From contig OY782041.1 of the NCBI GenBank assembly GCA_963677595.1, forward strand, positions 3,456,001 to 3,520,000: a stretch of 64,000 nt of DNA, given 5' to 3'. How positions within the stretch are numbered: position 1 is the first letter of the stretch; each line of letters starts with the position of its first letter. The position numbers were made by a program, and so were the translations under genes. Of the stretch, positions 1-8,140 are shown piece after piece. Origin of the DNA: Spirochaetia bacterium. GTDB taxonomy: Bacteria; Spirochaetota; Spirochaetia; CAKZLE01. A model generated the notes under the pieces. The model was not told where the DNA came from. It ran no database searches and worked only from the letters and a program-made list of their open reading frames with translations.

Positions 1-466
1 GCGCATATGCATCATATCCTTCCCAGTACGACAAACTTGTATGATTATGATCATAATATGGAGAGTTGCAGTAATTGTGACTGCATTCCAAGACTTTCCA
101 ATAATCAAAACCAAAGCGCCTGGATTCTGGTATAACAGATTCCCGCCCCTGACCATTTATGTGCCATTTGCCGATGTAAGCTGTATCGTACCCTATGTTT
201 TTAAAGATATTCCCAATACCTGGACTGCTTAGCTTAATAGGAACATCATTGATAAATACCCCATGGGTTAGAGGCAGTTGTCCGGTTATAAGACTTGCAC
301 GATATGGTGAACATAGCGGGCAAGGACTAATTGCTTGTGAAAGGTTGGCACTTTCATGTGCAAACTGGTCTATATTCGGTGTCTGAACATCAGGATTGCC
401 AGTATACCCGAAGGCTTGTGCTCTCCACTGATCAGCGAAGATAAACAGAATATTTGGTTTCTTCAT
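1..466 (-). CDS. Sulfatase (Cys-type, formylglycine-dependent), 3' end runs off the window
   Basis: Not in the ORF track; read by hand on the minus strand from ATG 466: MKKPNILFIFADQWRAQAFGYTGNPDVQTPNIDQFA...CPLCSPYRASLITG. Has the PNILFIxxD start and the CxPxR signature. ATGA overlap with the permease stop at 463-465. Confidence 0.9.
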   Translation of the reverse strand, partial: MKKPNILFIFADQWRAQAFGYTGNPDVQTPNIDQFAHESANLSQAISPCPLCSPYRASLITGQLPLTHGVFINDVPIKLSSPGIGNIFKNIGYDTAYIGKWHINGQGRESVIPESRRFGFDYWKVLECSHNYCNSPYYDHNHTSLSYWEGYDAYA

Positions 467-1317
467 TTTATTGCTCCTGCCATCATCCCCTGAACAAAAT
501 ACCGTTGGGTAAATATCAAGATAATCAGAATAGGTAATCCAATAATGATTGATGCTGCAGCCATCTGATTCCAATACACATTGAATGCAGTAATGAAACG
601 TGCAAGACCGATGGAGATGTTCAAGTTTCGTTGATTCTCCAATAATGCAACAGAATATGGGTATTCACTCCAAGTCAATAATAGTGACATCAAACCGATG
701 GTTGCTACACTGATTTTACTGAGAGGAAATGTGATTTTCAGAAAAGCTCCAAGAGGCGAACACCCATCCAGGAACGCAGCCTGTTCCAGTTCGCGAGGAA
801 GATTCTGGAAATTGCTATAGGACATCCAAGCCGCAAACGGTGTCTGAAATATCAAATAGGTAATGATCAATCCCGTATGGGTATCATATAATCCAATTTT
901 CGCTATTACTACATATACAGGAATCATGAGAGCTGGACCAGAAAAAAGCTGAGCAATCAGCAGGAAATTGAGGATTAGTGAGGATCCTCTCAACCGATAT
1001 CTTGCTAATCCATATCCAATCATTGTGCCCAAACAGATCACTATTGATGTGGTAAATACGGCTATCTTCAACGTATTAAAGAAATATCTGAACCACATAG
1101 CCCCATTTCCGGTTTTGTCCAGCCATACATCCAAGAATGGTTGTATGGTAACAGTACTTGGCAGGATTTTTATAGGAATTCTCTGAATGTCAGCCTGGGT
1201 TTTAAATCCTGCTGAAATCAGCCATAATAAGGGTATTAAGACTATTAAAAGCATCAGAATCCCAAAAAGATTTCTTAGAGTTTTCAGTACAAGGTTCTTA
1301 GAAGTAACCACACTCAT
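463..1317 (-). CDS. Carbohydrate ABC transporter permease (MalG-like)
   Basis: Multiple TM segments, EAA loop ELEQAAFLDGCS, C-terminal QRYFVQGMMAGAIK. Confidence 0.93.
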   Translation of the reverse strand: MSVVTSKNLVLKTLRNLFGILMLLIVLIPLLWLISAGFKTQADIQRIPIKILPSTVTIQPFLDVWLDKTGNGAMWFRYFFNTLKIAVFTTSIVICLGTMIGYGLARYRLRGSSLILNFLLIAQLFSGPALMIPVYVVIAKIGLYDTHTGLIITYLIFQTPFAAWMSYSNFQNLPRELEQAAFLDGCSPLGAFLKITFPLSKISVATIGLMSLLLTWSEYPYSVALLENQRNLNISIGLARFITAFNVYWNQMAAASIIIGLPILIILIFTQRYFVQGMMAGAIK

Positions 1318-2240
1318 GCTGCACCTCCCTGATCTGCTTTTTGACTCTGTCTGTACAGAATAAAATAAATTACACAGAAGACACCGAGAATTAGTAGATT
1401 CAAGACGGTGACCACTCCGGCTTGGCTGAGTTTCCCATATTGGAATCCAAGTTTATACATATATACGGGTATCGTTTCGCTGTAATAAAGGGGCCCCCCT
1501 TTTGTCATGACATTCACAAAAACAAGATTATTCATGATCCAAATGAGATTAGTTATGCCCATGGTCATGATCTGGTATTTAATATGGGGAATGATGATAT
1601 ACTGAAATTCTTGTATGGTATTCATCCCATCGACTCTACCTGCTTCATATAGTGATGTATCTATTGACTGTATGCTTGCAGATATTACCAGTGCATACAT
1701 AGGAAATAATCTCCAGATAATTACAGCTGAACAGGCTAATAGTGCTGTTTCAGGGGTCCCGAGAAACGGGACCCCACTATCCAAAATCCCAATTTTAACA
1801 AATAGTGAATTGATTAAACCATTCTGGGTGTTATACATCCATTTCCATAATCCCGCAACTACAACTCCTGGCATTACCCAAGGTACGAGCATAAAAGCTC
1901 TACTTAACTTCGAGACCCTATTGGAGTTGTCAGAGAGTAAATATCCAAGAATAACACCAAGAGTTACTACAAAGGCAGTCCCAGTAACTACCCAGATTAT
2001 AGAATTGCGAATCGCTATAAATGTTTCATCTTTACTCAGCACCTCTTTAAATGTTTCGAAGCCAACAAATTGAGAACTGGATCTTCCGCTCAACAATTCC
2101 ACATTCCTGAAAGATAAATTAAAACTGTATAGAGCAACCCCCACCATTACAAAGGCAATAAGGAGAAATCCCGGCATAACAAACCATAGGGAAAGACGCT
2201 TCTGCTGCTGCTCATAGGTCATGATTTTTTGCTTTTTCAT
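1314..2240 (-). CDS. Carbohydrate ABC transporter permease (MalF-like)
   Basis: SLYEAGRVDG EAA motif, MTKGGP motif. Start moved to ATG 2240, which gives an ATGA overlap with the upstream stop. Confidence 0.92.
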   Translation of the reverse strand: MKKQKIMTYEQQQKRLSLWFVMPGFLLIAFVMVGVALYSFNLSFRNVELLSGRSSSQFVGFETFKEVLSKDETFIAIRNSIIWVVTGTAFVVTLGVILGYLLSDNSNRVSKLSRAFMLVPWVMPGVVVAGLWKWMYNTQNGLINSLFVKIGILDSGVPFLGTPETALLACSAVIIWRLFPMYALVISASIQSIDTSLYEAGRVDGMNTIQEFQYIIIPHIKYQIMTMGITNLIWIMNNLVFVNVMTKGGPLYYSETIPVYMYKLGFQYGKLSQAGVVTVLNLLILGVFCVIYFILYRQSQKADQGGAA

Positions 2241-3397
2241 ATCATCCCCATCTCTTCCCATACATCAATGAGTGTATGGATATTGTTTCCAAACTGCTCA
2301 GAAAAATCTGGTATATTTGTAGGTGCAGATATAGCTAAAACCATATTATCTTTTCGACCATCCAGGGCAATTGCCGCCGCTTCTCGAACCTGTTCAGGGG
2401 AACCCTGCTCAATCAATGATAATTCTATATTGCCACCGAGAGTAAGATTCTCTCCCGCAATTTCCTTTGCATGAATGAATTCTATATTACCATCTGGAGG
2501 GGGTTCTACTGGTTCAAAGTAATCAGCTTCTCTCTCCATGACATGATTAATAATTGGAGACCCAACATTCCCATGAGAATGCACATGAGCAAAGCCTTCG
2601 TGATCGTGGATTTTTCTAATTAACTCCCGTTCCGGTTCGACTACCAATTTTTTATACAGACTTGGGGAACTCATAGGAGGTGTCAGCCATTCACTGCCAC
2701 CAGTCCAGACTATATCTATACAGTTGTGCTTCATAACAGCCTCTGTAATCTGTAAAGCACGTTCTAGAGCGATTGAAACAAATTGCGTTATTGCCGGTAG
2801 ATCTACTGCGCAGTGGTACAGGAACTCTTCATAACTCATTGTTCCTCCCACACAAACAAATGGTGAAGATATATATGTATAGAGGAGGGACCGTCCATCT
2901 GCTGTGATACTCTCGGCTGTTGATCGATCGATCACTTCTAAATTATCAGGTAATTCAAATGGGATACTAGCCAGTTTTTCCAGATCATCAAAGGATTTCA
3001 CTGGATATTCAATTGTCCATATATTATCTACACTGCCAGCTCTTCGTTCCAATAGTGCTTGGAGGGTCCCCTTGGGGGTATCTATCGTTTGCTTGAATAC
3101 CACCTTGTCAGGACTCCTATGGATCACCTCTTCTTTGATTCGCTGATTAGGAGTAATCATATATCTGTTAACTCCTGCTGAGATGCCATGTTGTATAGTC
3201 GTCTTATCGACTAATCTAGTTGTAATACTTTCTCGAATTGGATCGTTATCTGAGGCGTATATCTCATCGAACGATTCAAATCCTTTCAAGCCCAAAGCAT
3301 TGGGGGTCCTATATCCATTAAAAGGGAATATATCTAAGGGTACCCGGTCGTGAGTTTTATGCGTAAATGTAGCTAACAGCCGTTCTCTCGGTGTCAT
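2237..3397 (-). CDS. Uroporphyrinogen decarboxylase (URO-D)/MtaA-like family protein
   Basis: MTPRERLLA...DRVP N-terminus, TPKGTL, HSHG, PVEPPPDGNI, LGGNI: the typical URO-D-like TIM barrel pattern. Confidence 0.8.
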   Translation of the reverse strand: MTPRERLLATFTHKTHDRVPLDIFPFNGYRTPNALGLKGFESFDEIYASDNDPIRESITTRLVDKTTIQHGISAGVNRYMITPNQRIKEEVIHRSPDKVVFKQTIDTPKGTLQALLERRAGSVDNIWTIEYPVKSFDDLEKLASIPFELPDNLEVIDRSTAESITADGRSLLYTYISSPFVCVGGTMSYEEFLYHCAVDLPAITQFVSIALERALQITEAVMKHNCIDIVWTGGSEWLTPPMSSPSLYKKLVVEPERELIRKIHDHEGFAHVHSHGNVGSPIINHVMEREADYFEPVEPPPDGNIEFIHAKEIAGENLTLGGNIELSLIEQGSPEQVREAAAIALDGRKDNMVLAISAPTNIPDFSEQFGNNIHTLIDVWEEMGMI

Positions 3398-3428
3398 TGT
3401 ATCCTCGTGTCAGTATTGCTAGTAAGGA

Positions 3429-3461
3429 CTCACACGATCACCTGAATAGGGATCGTGTGAG
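3429..3461 (-). terminator. Intercistronic stem-loop after the binding-protein gene (mRNA stabiliser or partial terminator)
   Basis: CTCACACGATC...GATCGTGTGAG, an 11-bp perfect inverted repeat just downstream of the SBP stop. Confidence 0.6.
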
Positions 3462-3471
3462 ATAAAGTCTA

Positions 3472-4803
3472 TTATTTTGCTTTGTTATAAATTGATTGAA
3501 TTTGTGGCTGGATTTCATCAAGCGCATCTTGTGCGTCAATCATTCCCATGAGAACTTTCTGATAGGCTTGGATAATTAACTGCTCGGATTCTGCAAGTCC
3601 CGGGAATCCTGGCATAGATAATGCGCCATCAAACAAAGTACCATTATTATATGAAGCTGCTAGGTCCGGATATACTCGTGCAAAATCTGGACTTTCAAGG
3701 TTTGATTTCATGATAGGGACTCTACCTTCGATCACAGATCCTGACCACCCGGATTGTGCTTCAGGAGACATCCAGAAATCAATAAACTTCATAGCTGCAT
3801 CAAGTTTTTCCCCTTCAACACTTTCTGGAACCATAAAACAGGTAGTAGGAGTCATGATAAAACTGGCTGAATCAAACTTACCGCTTGTTGATGAATTCTT
3901 TGGGAACGGTGCAATATTATAAGGATAATCTGCAGGAGCTCCCAGCGATTGCCTAAGAATCGGTGCATAAGACATAGTCATAGCCATAGCTGCCTGGTCC
4001 TGGAAAAAGAGTTCCATCGCCTGTCTGAAGTTCGTATCAGTAAAACCTGGCTGAGCATATGGTACCAAAGAGTGGTAGAATTTCATCGTATCAACAAAAC
4101 CTGGTCCATTGATTGTTACCGTATCACCGTCAATGATTCTGCCACCATTCCTGTATGCAATTCCTTCCATGATTAGTGTATCATTGGGGGCATTACTACC
4201 AGGAAGAGCAATTCCAGCTATTCCAGTGCTTTTAAAATACTTTGCTATCTCGACTACCTCAGCCCAATCTTTTGGCGGTCTGGCATTCCCTTTGGAATCC
4301 ACGAAACCAGCTTCCTTGAACATGTCAGTATTATAGGCTATCATTGCAGATGCGTCGACATAGGTTGAAACTCCGAAGAGCGTTCCTTCATATTTGCCTG
4401 TATCCCAAGCTTCAGGAACAAAACGTGATTCCCATTGGGAAACGAGGGTAGGGTCGATGGCTTTTAGATCTTTTATAATACCAAGTGTGGCAAATTCTGG
4501 AATGCTCTGTCCATCACTTAGAATTATTTCAGGGAGATTCCCGGCTGAATTTGCGGTTATGATTTTTGTCCTCCGTTCTTCGTAGTTCTGGTAGACCCAA
4601 TCAATCGTAATTCCCGGGTTTCTCTCTTCAAAATCTTTGATCTTTTCCAACATATACTCGCGTTCATGTTGGGGTCCCCCGAATTTCCATACTCGGAGTA
4701 CAACCGATCCTTCATCAACTGCTGAAGGTTCTTCTTGCTGCCCACCTGCTACTAGTGGGAACATACAAACAATCAGCAATACTACCAATGCAATCCTTCT
4801 CAT
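3472..4803 (-). CDS. Sugar ABC transporter substrate-binding protein (family 1)
   Basis: Signal peptide followed by AGGQQE; YNTDMFKEAG and PPKDWAE motifs. Confidence 0.9.
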   Translation of the reverse strand: MRRIALVVLLIVCMFPLVAGGQQEEPSAVDEGSVVLRVWKFGGPQHEREYMLEKIKDFEERNPGITIDWVYQNYEERRTKIITANSAGNLPEIILSDGQSIPEFATLGIIKDLKAIDPTLVSQWESRFVPEAWDTGKYEGTLFGVSTYVDASAMIAYNTDMFKEAGFVDSKGNARPPKDWAEVVEIAKYFKSTGIAGIALPGSNAPNDTLIMEGIAYRNGGRIIDGDTVTINGPGFVDTMKFYHSLVPYAQPGFTDTNFRQAMELFFQDQAAMAMTMSYAPILRQSLGAPADYPYNIAPFPKNSSTSGKFDSASFIMTPTTCFMVPESVEGEKLDAAMKFIDFWMSPEAQSGWSGSVIEGRVPIMKSNLESPDFARVYPDLAASYNNGTLFDGALSMPGFPGLAESEQLIIQAYQKVLMGMIDAQDALDEIQPQIQSIYNKAK

Positions 4804-4834
4804 ATGTATTCCTCCATTTTTTATTTATGCAGCC

Positions 4835-5284
4835 TTATACCAGGTCTGCAATGTTCTCACATATACGTTTTAAACATTTTTTCATGATGACCAGATCTTC
4901 TTTACTTATACCTTCAAGGGCTTCTGTAAGGTGTTCTTCAACAATTGGTGGTAAAACATCCCCCATTGCTCTGCCTTTCTCAGTAAGGCAAACGATATTG
5001 GATCTGCGATCAGTCTTACTAGATTCTCGAATGATTAATCCATGCTTTTCGAGCCCATCAACAACACGAGTCATTGATGGATAATCTTTGAATGTTTTTG
5101 AGGATAATTCTGCTTGAGTCTGGCGATCCTGTTGCCACAGCCGGTAGAGAACAACCCATTGAAAGGGTGTCACATTAATATTGTGGTTTTTGAATTTTTC
5201 AATTAACCGTTTTTTAAGTGATTGCTCAGCGAGCTCAATTAAATACCCACCAGCATTATCAATCGTAAATGGATCCATTATCAT
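4835..5284 (-). CDS. MarR family transcriptional regulator
   Basis: TQAELS...SMTRVVDGLEKHGLIIR...DRR...LTEKG winged helix. The start may be ATG 5278. Confidence 0.92.
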   Translation of the reverse strand: MIMDPFTIDNAGGYLIELAEQSLKKRLIEKFKNHNINVTPFQWVVLYRLWQQDRQTQAELSSKTFKDYPSMTRVVDGLEKHGLIIRESSKTDRRSNIVCLTEKGRAMGDVLPPIVEEHLTEALEGISKEDLVIMKKCLKRICENIADLV

Positions 5285-5309
5285 TCCTCATTCGTATTAA
5301 TAAGTACAA

Positions 5310-5342
5310 TAGTTGCAAATGAAATAATTACAAATGCAACTA
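5310..5342. promoter_or_regulatory. Probable MarR operator (two overlapping TAGTTGCA/TGCAACTA boxes)
   Basis: TAGTTGCA (5310) and TGCAACTA (ending 5342) form an inverted repeat directly upstream of marR. Confidence 0.55.
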
Positions 5343-5616
5343 AATAATAACATGAGATATAGGTGTTTGCAAGAAAAAAGTTTTTAGTATCAGCATTATT
5401 CACAGGAAACTAACGACAGTTAGACAGTGGGTCACCCCCCGAGACGGAGAGCCGGGTGAAAGCAGCCCTCACAGCTCTTTGAGCTGAATAATCAACAACG
5501 TCCGGAGAAATTCCTCTCCGGATGTGATCATCCTACCAGGCAAGCGTGCTATTTATCAGATCGATTCCGTTAGTCCAGTCCTTGTATAGTGTGTACTATC
5601 TGCTGGTATGTTCGAT

Positions 5617-5793
5617 TTATTGGCTGCTCCGTAGAGATACTCGATGGTTGTTCCTGGCCAATGTATTCTTTGCATCTGCCTGAGCTTTCGCTTTTTCTGC
5701 CACATGATCCTGCGGAGTCCACGCAACTTTCCCGATTGAGTCCATCAACTCCTTCTCTTCCTGATCTATTGGGTTATATGCTCGTTCTTTCAA
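5617..5793 (-). pseudogene. Truncated CopG/BrnA-like antitoxin (58 aa)
   Basis: GGAGG SD then TTG start: MKERAYNPIDQEEKELMDSIGKVAW...AKNTLARNNHRVSLRSSQ*. Resembles the 'DxEEKELLES..EW...ARNT.KK.RINIR' antitoxins; an out-of-frame TYQQIVHTI remnant follows. Confidence 0.55.
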
Positions 5794-5831
5794 CTTTCCT
5801 CTACCTCCACCTGAACTTCGAACAGGATGGA

Positions 5832-6218
5832 TCAGATAAAGAGGTTAGGTGAGGTCCCGTATTTCTCAGCCAGTTTCCTGATATGTCTCAGATTCAGAGA
5901 CCTCTTCCCATTAAGGATCTCATTGATCACCGAACGGGGTGCCACATCAGTAAGATCCCCCTGTGTATGGCCATGATTCTCCATAAGGTGTTTGAGAATC
6001 TCGACCGGGGAGACATCCTGGATGGGGTAGTGTGCATCCTCGAATGCTGAGATCAGAGAGGTGATGTAATCGATGACAGGTTCCAACTCATGTTCCCCTG
6101 TCTCAAACCTGTCAGTCAGACCCAGAAGATGTTCAACAGCTTTGTCATGCTCTTCTTCAGAATGGATCTGCAGGCTCAGCATATATTTCCCTAATTCATG
6201 TTCCATGGCATAGCTCAT
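5832..6218 (-). CDS. higA: HigA-like antitoxin / XRE helix-turn-helix protein
   Basis: IHSEEEHDKAV...LISAFEDAHYPI...PVEILKHLME...TQGDL...SVINEILNGKRSLNLRHIRKLAE..PNLFI. Start set at ATG 6218 after an AAGGAG SD. Confidence 0.85.
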   Translation of the reverse strand: MSYAMEHELGKYMLSLQIHSEEEHDKAVEHLLGLTDRFETGEHELEPVIDYITSLISAFEDAHYPIQDVSPVEILKHLMENHGHTQGDLTDVAPRSVINEILNGKRSLNLRHIRKLAEKYGTSPNLFI

Positions 6219-6404
6219 GTGATTTCTCCTTAGCAATACTTCTTTGTATATCCTTCAGGAGGGGGAAAATCAATAGTGAACCCCCACCTCCTTTGGGAAT
6301 GTTTGTTCTCTGCTATTCATTACCTGTGGGCTTGTTGAATAAAGTCTCAGAACCTGCTACTGTGCACGGACTAAAACATTTCTAAAAAGGTCATCTATAG
6401 TAAC

Positions 6405-8060
6405 ATGAAACAACACAACAATTTTCTCTTCTCCATACAGATTTCAAAACCAAGGAATCTGAAGAACGATATCCTCTCAGGGCTTACAGTAGCCCTGGCT
6501 TTGGTTCCTGAAGCCATCGCCTTTGCCTTCATTCTCGGGATCGATCCGATCATCGGGCTGTATGCTGCATTCATCATGGGACTTGTAACGTCCCTCATCG
6601 GTGGACGTCCAGGTATGATCTCCGGTGCGACCGGGGCTGTTGCCGTGATCCTTGCTCCACTGGTTAGAGAGCAGGTTGCCCTTGGAGGTATGGCATCTGC
6701 GTTAGGCTATCTGTTTGCCGCAGTCGTACTGATGGGTGTGTTCCAGATCCTTTTCGGCATTCTCAAACTGGGGAAATTCATCCGTCTGGTGCCGCATTCG
6801 GTTATGTTGGGATTTGTGAATGGATTGGCCATCGTCATATTCCGCTCGCAGTTCGAGATGTTCGAACTGAGCCATCACATCCCGGCACAGGAGAAAACAC
6901 TGATTTGGACCGTGATGGGTATCCTGATCCTGGTTACCATGGCGATCAGTTTCTTTATGCCCAAGATAACCAAGGCTGTGCCTGCAACCCTGACGGCTCT
7001 GGTGGTTGTAAGCCTGATAAGCCTCCTGCTGAACCATCTGGAGATCGTGGAAGTTGCTACCGTGCTGGACTTTGTCCAGAGTAAGGATCCCGCGAAGCTG
7101 ACTCTGGCTGCGACGCTCCCGCATTTCGCGATCCCGCAGATCCCCTTTACCTTTGAAGCCTTCAGGACCATCCTCCCATATTCGATCCTGGCAGCTTCTG
7201 TCGGGCTGATCGAGTCCCTGATGACGCTGACGCTGCTCGATGAGCTGACTGAGACACGTGGATTCGGCAATCAGGAATGTGTCGGCCAGGGAATCGCCAA
7301 TATCGTGAACGGCTTCTTCGGCGGCATGGGTGGCTGTGCTATGATTGGCCAGAGTGTCATCAACATCAGGGCTGGTGGGCGGGGGAGAACCTCAGGAATC
7401 GTCGCAGCAGTGGCACTGCTGGGATTCATCCTCTTCGGTGCGCCCATGATCGAACAGATCCCGCTAGCCGCCTTGGTAGGGGTGATGTTCATGGTCGTCA
7501 TCGGGACGTTCGAATGGTCCAGTTTTCGTGTGATGAAGAGCATCCCCCGTTCAGATGCCCTGGTCATCGTGGTCGTATCAATCATCACGGTGGTAACCAA
7601 CCTCGCCATCGCTGTGGCGGTAGGCGTGGTATTCTCTGCACTGGTCTTTGCCTGGGAAAAGGGCAAGAAGATGGAAGCCTCTCCGAATATCGATCAGTTT
7701 GGTTCCAGGATCTATCCATTGGAAGGAGCACTGTTCTTTGGGTCTGTCCAATCTTTCAAAGATCTCTTTGATTATGAGCACGACCCCCTCGATATTATCA
7801 TCGATTTTGATCAAGCCCATGTGCATGATCACTCAGGGCTGGAAGCTATCAACTTCGTCACTGAGAAATACGGACAGCAGGGGAAGAAGCTTCATCTTCT
7901 GAACCTGAGTGATGAATGTCGGAAGCTGTTGAGAAAGGCAGAGCATATCGTGGAGGTGACCATCATCGAAGGGGCACATTACCAATTAGCCGATGACCAG
8001 CTAGCCTGGCAGGGACTGCGTCTGAAAGAGAGACTGAAGAGGGCTAAGGCCGCCCTCTAG
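6405..8060 (+). CDS. SulP family inorganic anion transporter with STAS domain
   Basis: ILSGLTVALALVPEAIAFA, GGRPGMISGATGA, GGMGGCAMIGQS and a C-terminal STAS domain (GALFFGS, DHSGLEA). Confidence 0.95.
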   Translation: MKQHNNFLFSIQISKPRNLKNDILSGLTVALALVPEAIAFAFILGIDPIIGLYAAFIMGLVTSLIGGRPGMISGATGAVAVILAPLVREQVALGGMASALGYLFAAVVLMGVFQILFGILKLGKFIRLVPHSVMLGFVNGLAIVIFRSQFEMFELSHHIPAQEKTLIWTVMGILILVTMAISFFMPKITKAVPATLTALVVVSLISLLLNHLEIVEVATVLDFVQSKDPAKLTLAATLPHFAIPQIPFTFEAFRTILPYSILAASVGLIESLMTLTLLDELTETRGFGNQECVGQGIANIVNGFFGGMGGCAMIGQSVINIRAGGRGRTSGIVAAVALLGFILFGAPMIEQIPLAALVGVMFMVVIGTFEWSSFRVMKSIPRSDALVIVVVSIITVVTNLAIAVAVGVVFSALVFAWEKGKKMEASPNIDQFGSRIYPLEGALFFGSVQSFKDLFDYEHDPLDIIIDFDQAHVHDHSGLEAINFVTEKYGQQGKKLHLLNLSDECRKLLRKAEHIVEVTIIEGAHYQLADDQLAWQGLRLKERLKRAKAAL

Positions 8061-8105
8061 TCTTGGGACTGATCGGTTGATCGGTTCGATGTCTCAGAGC
8101 CAAAT

Positions 8106-8136
8106 AAAAAGCAACGGGTAAGACCGTTGCTTTTTT
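8106..8136. terminator. Bidirectional Rho-independent terminator; target of the IIC intron
   Basis: AAAAAGCAACGG-GTAAGA-CCGTTGCTTTTTT, with an A-tract and a T-tract on either side. Confidence 0.9.
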
Positions 8137-8140
8137 CATA

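Noticed and set aside
5409-5425. Integron attC/attI-like core GTTAGAC next to antitoxin genes
   Set aside because: The inverse core is only a few nt away, no L boxes or repeated sites are visible, and there is no integrase.
5589-5852. 87-aa plus-strand ORF
   Set aside because: No SD or recognisable motif; it overlaps the better supported minus-strand antitoxin remnant.
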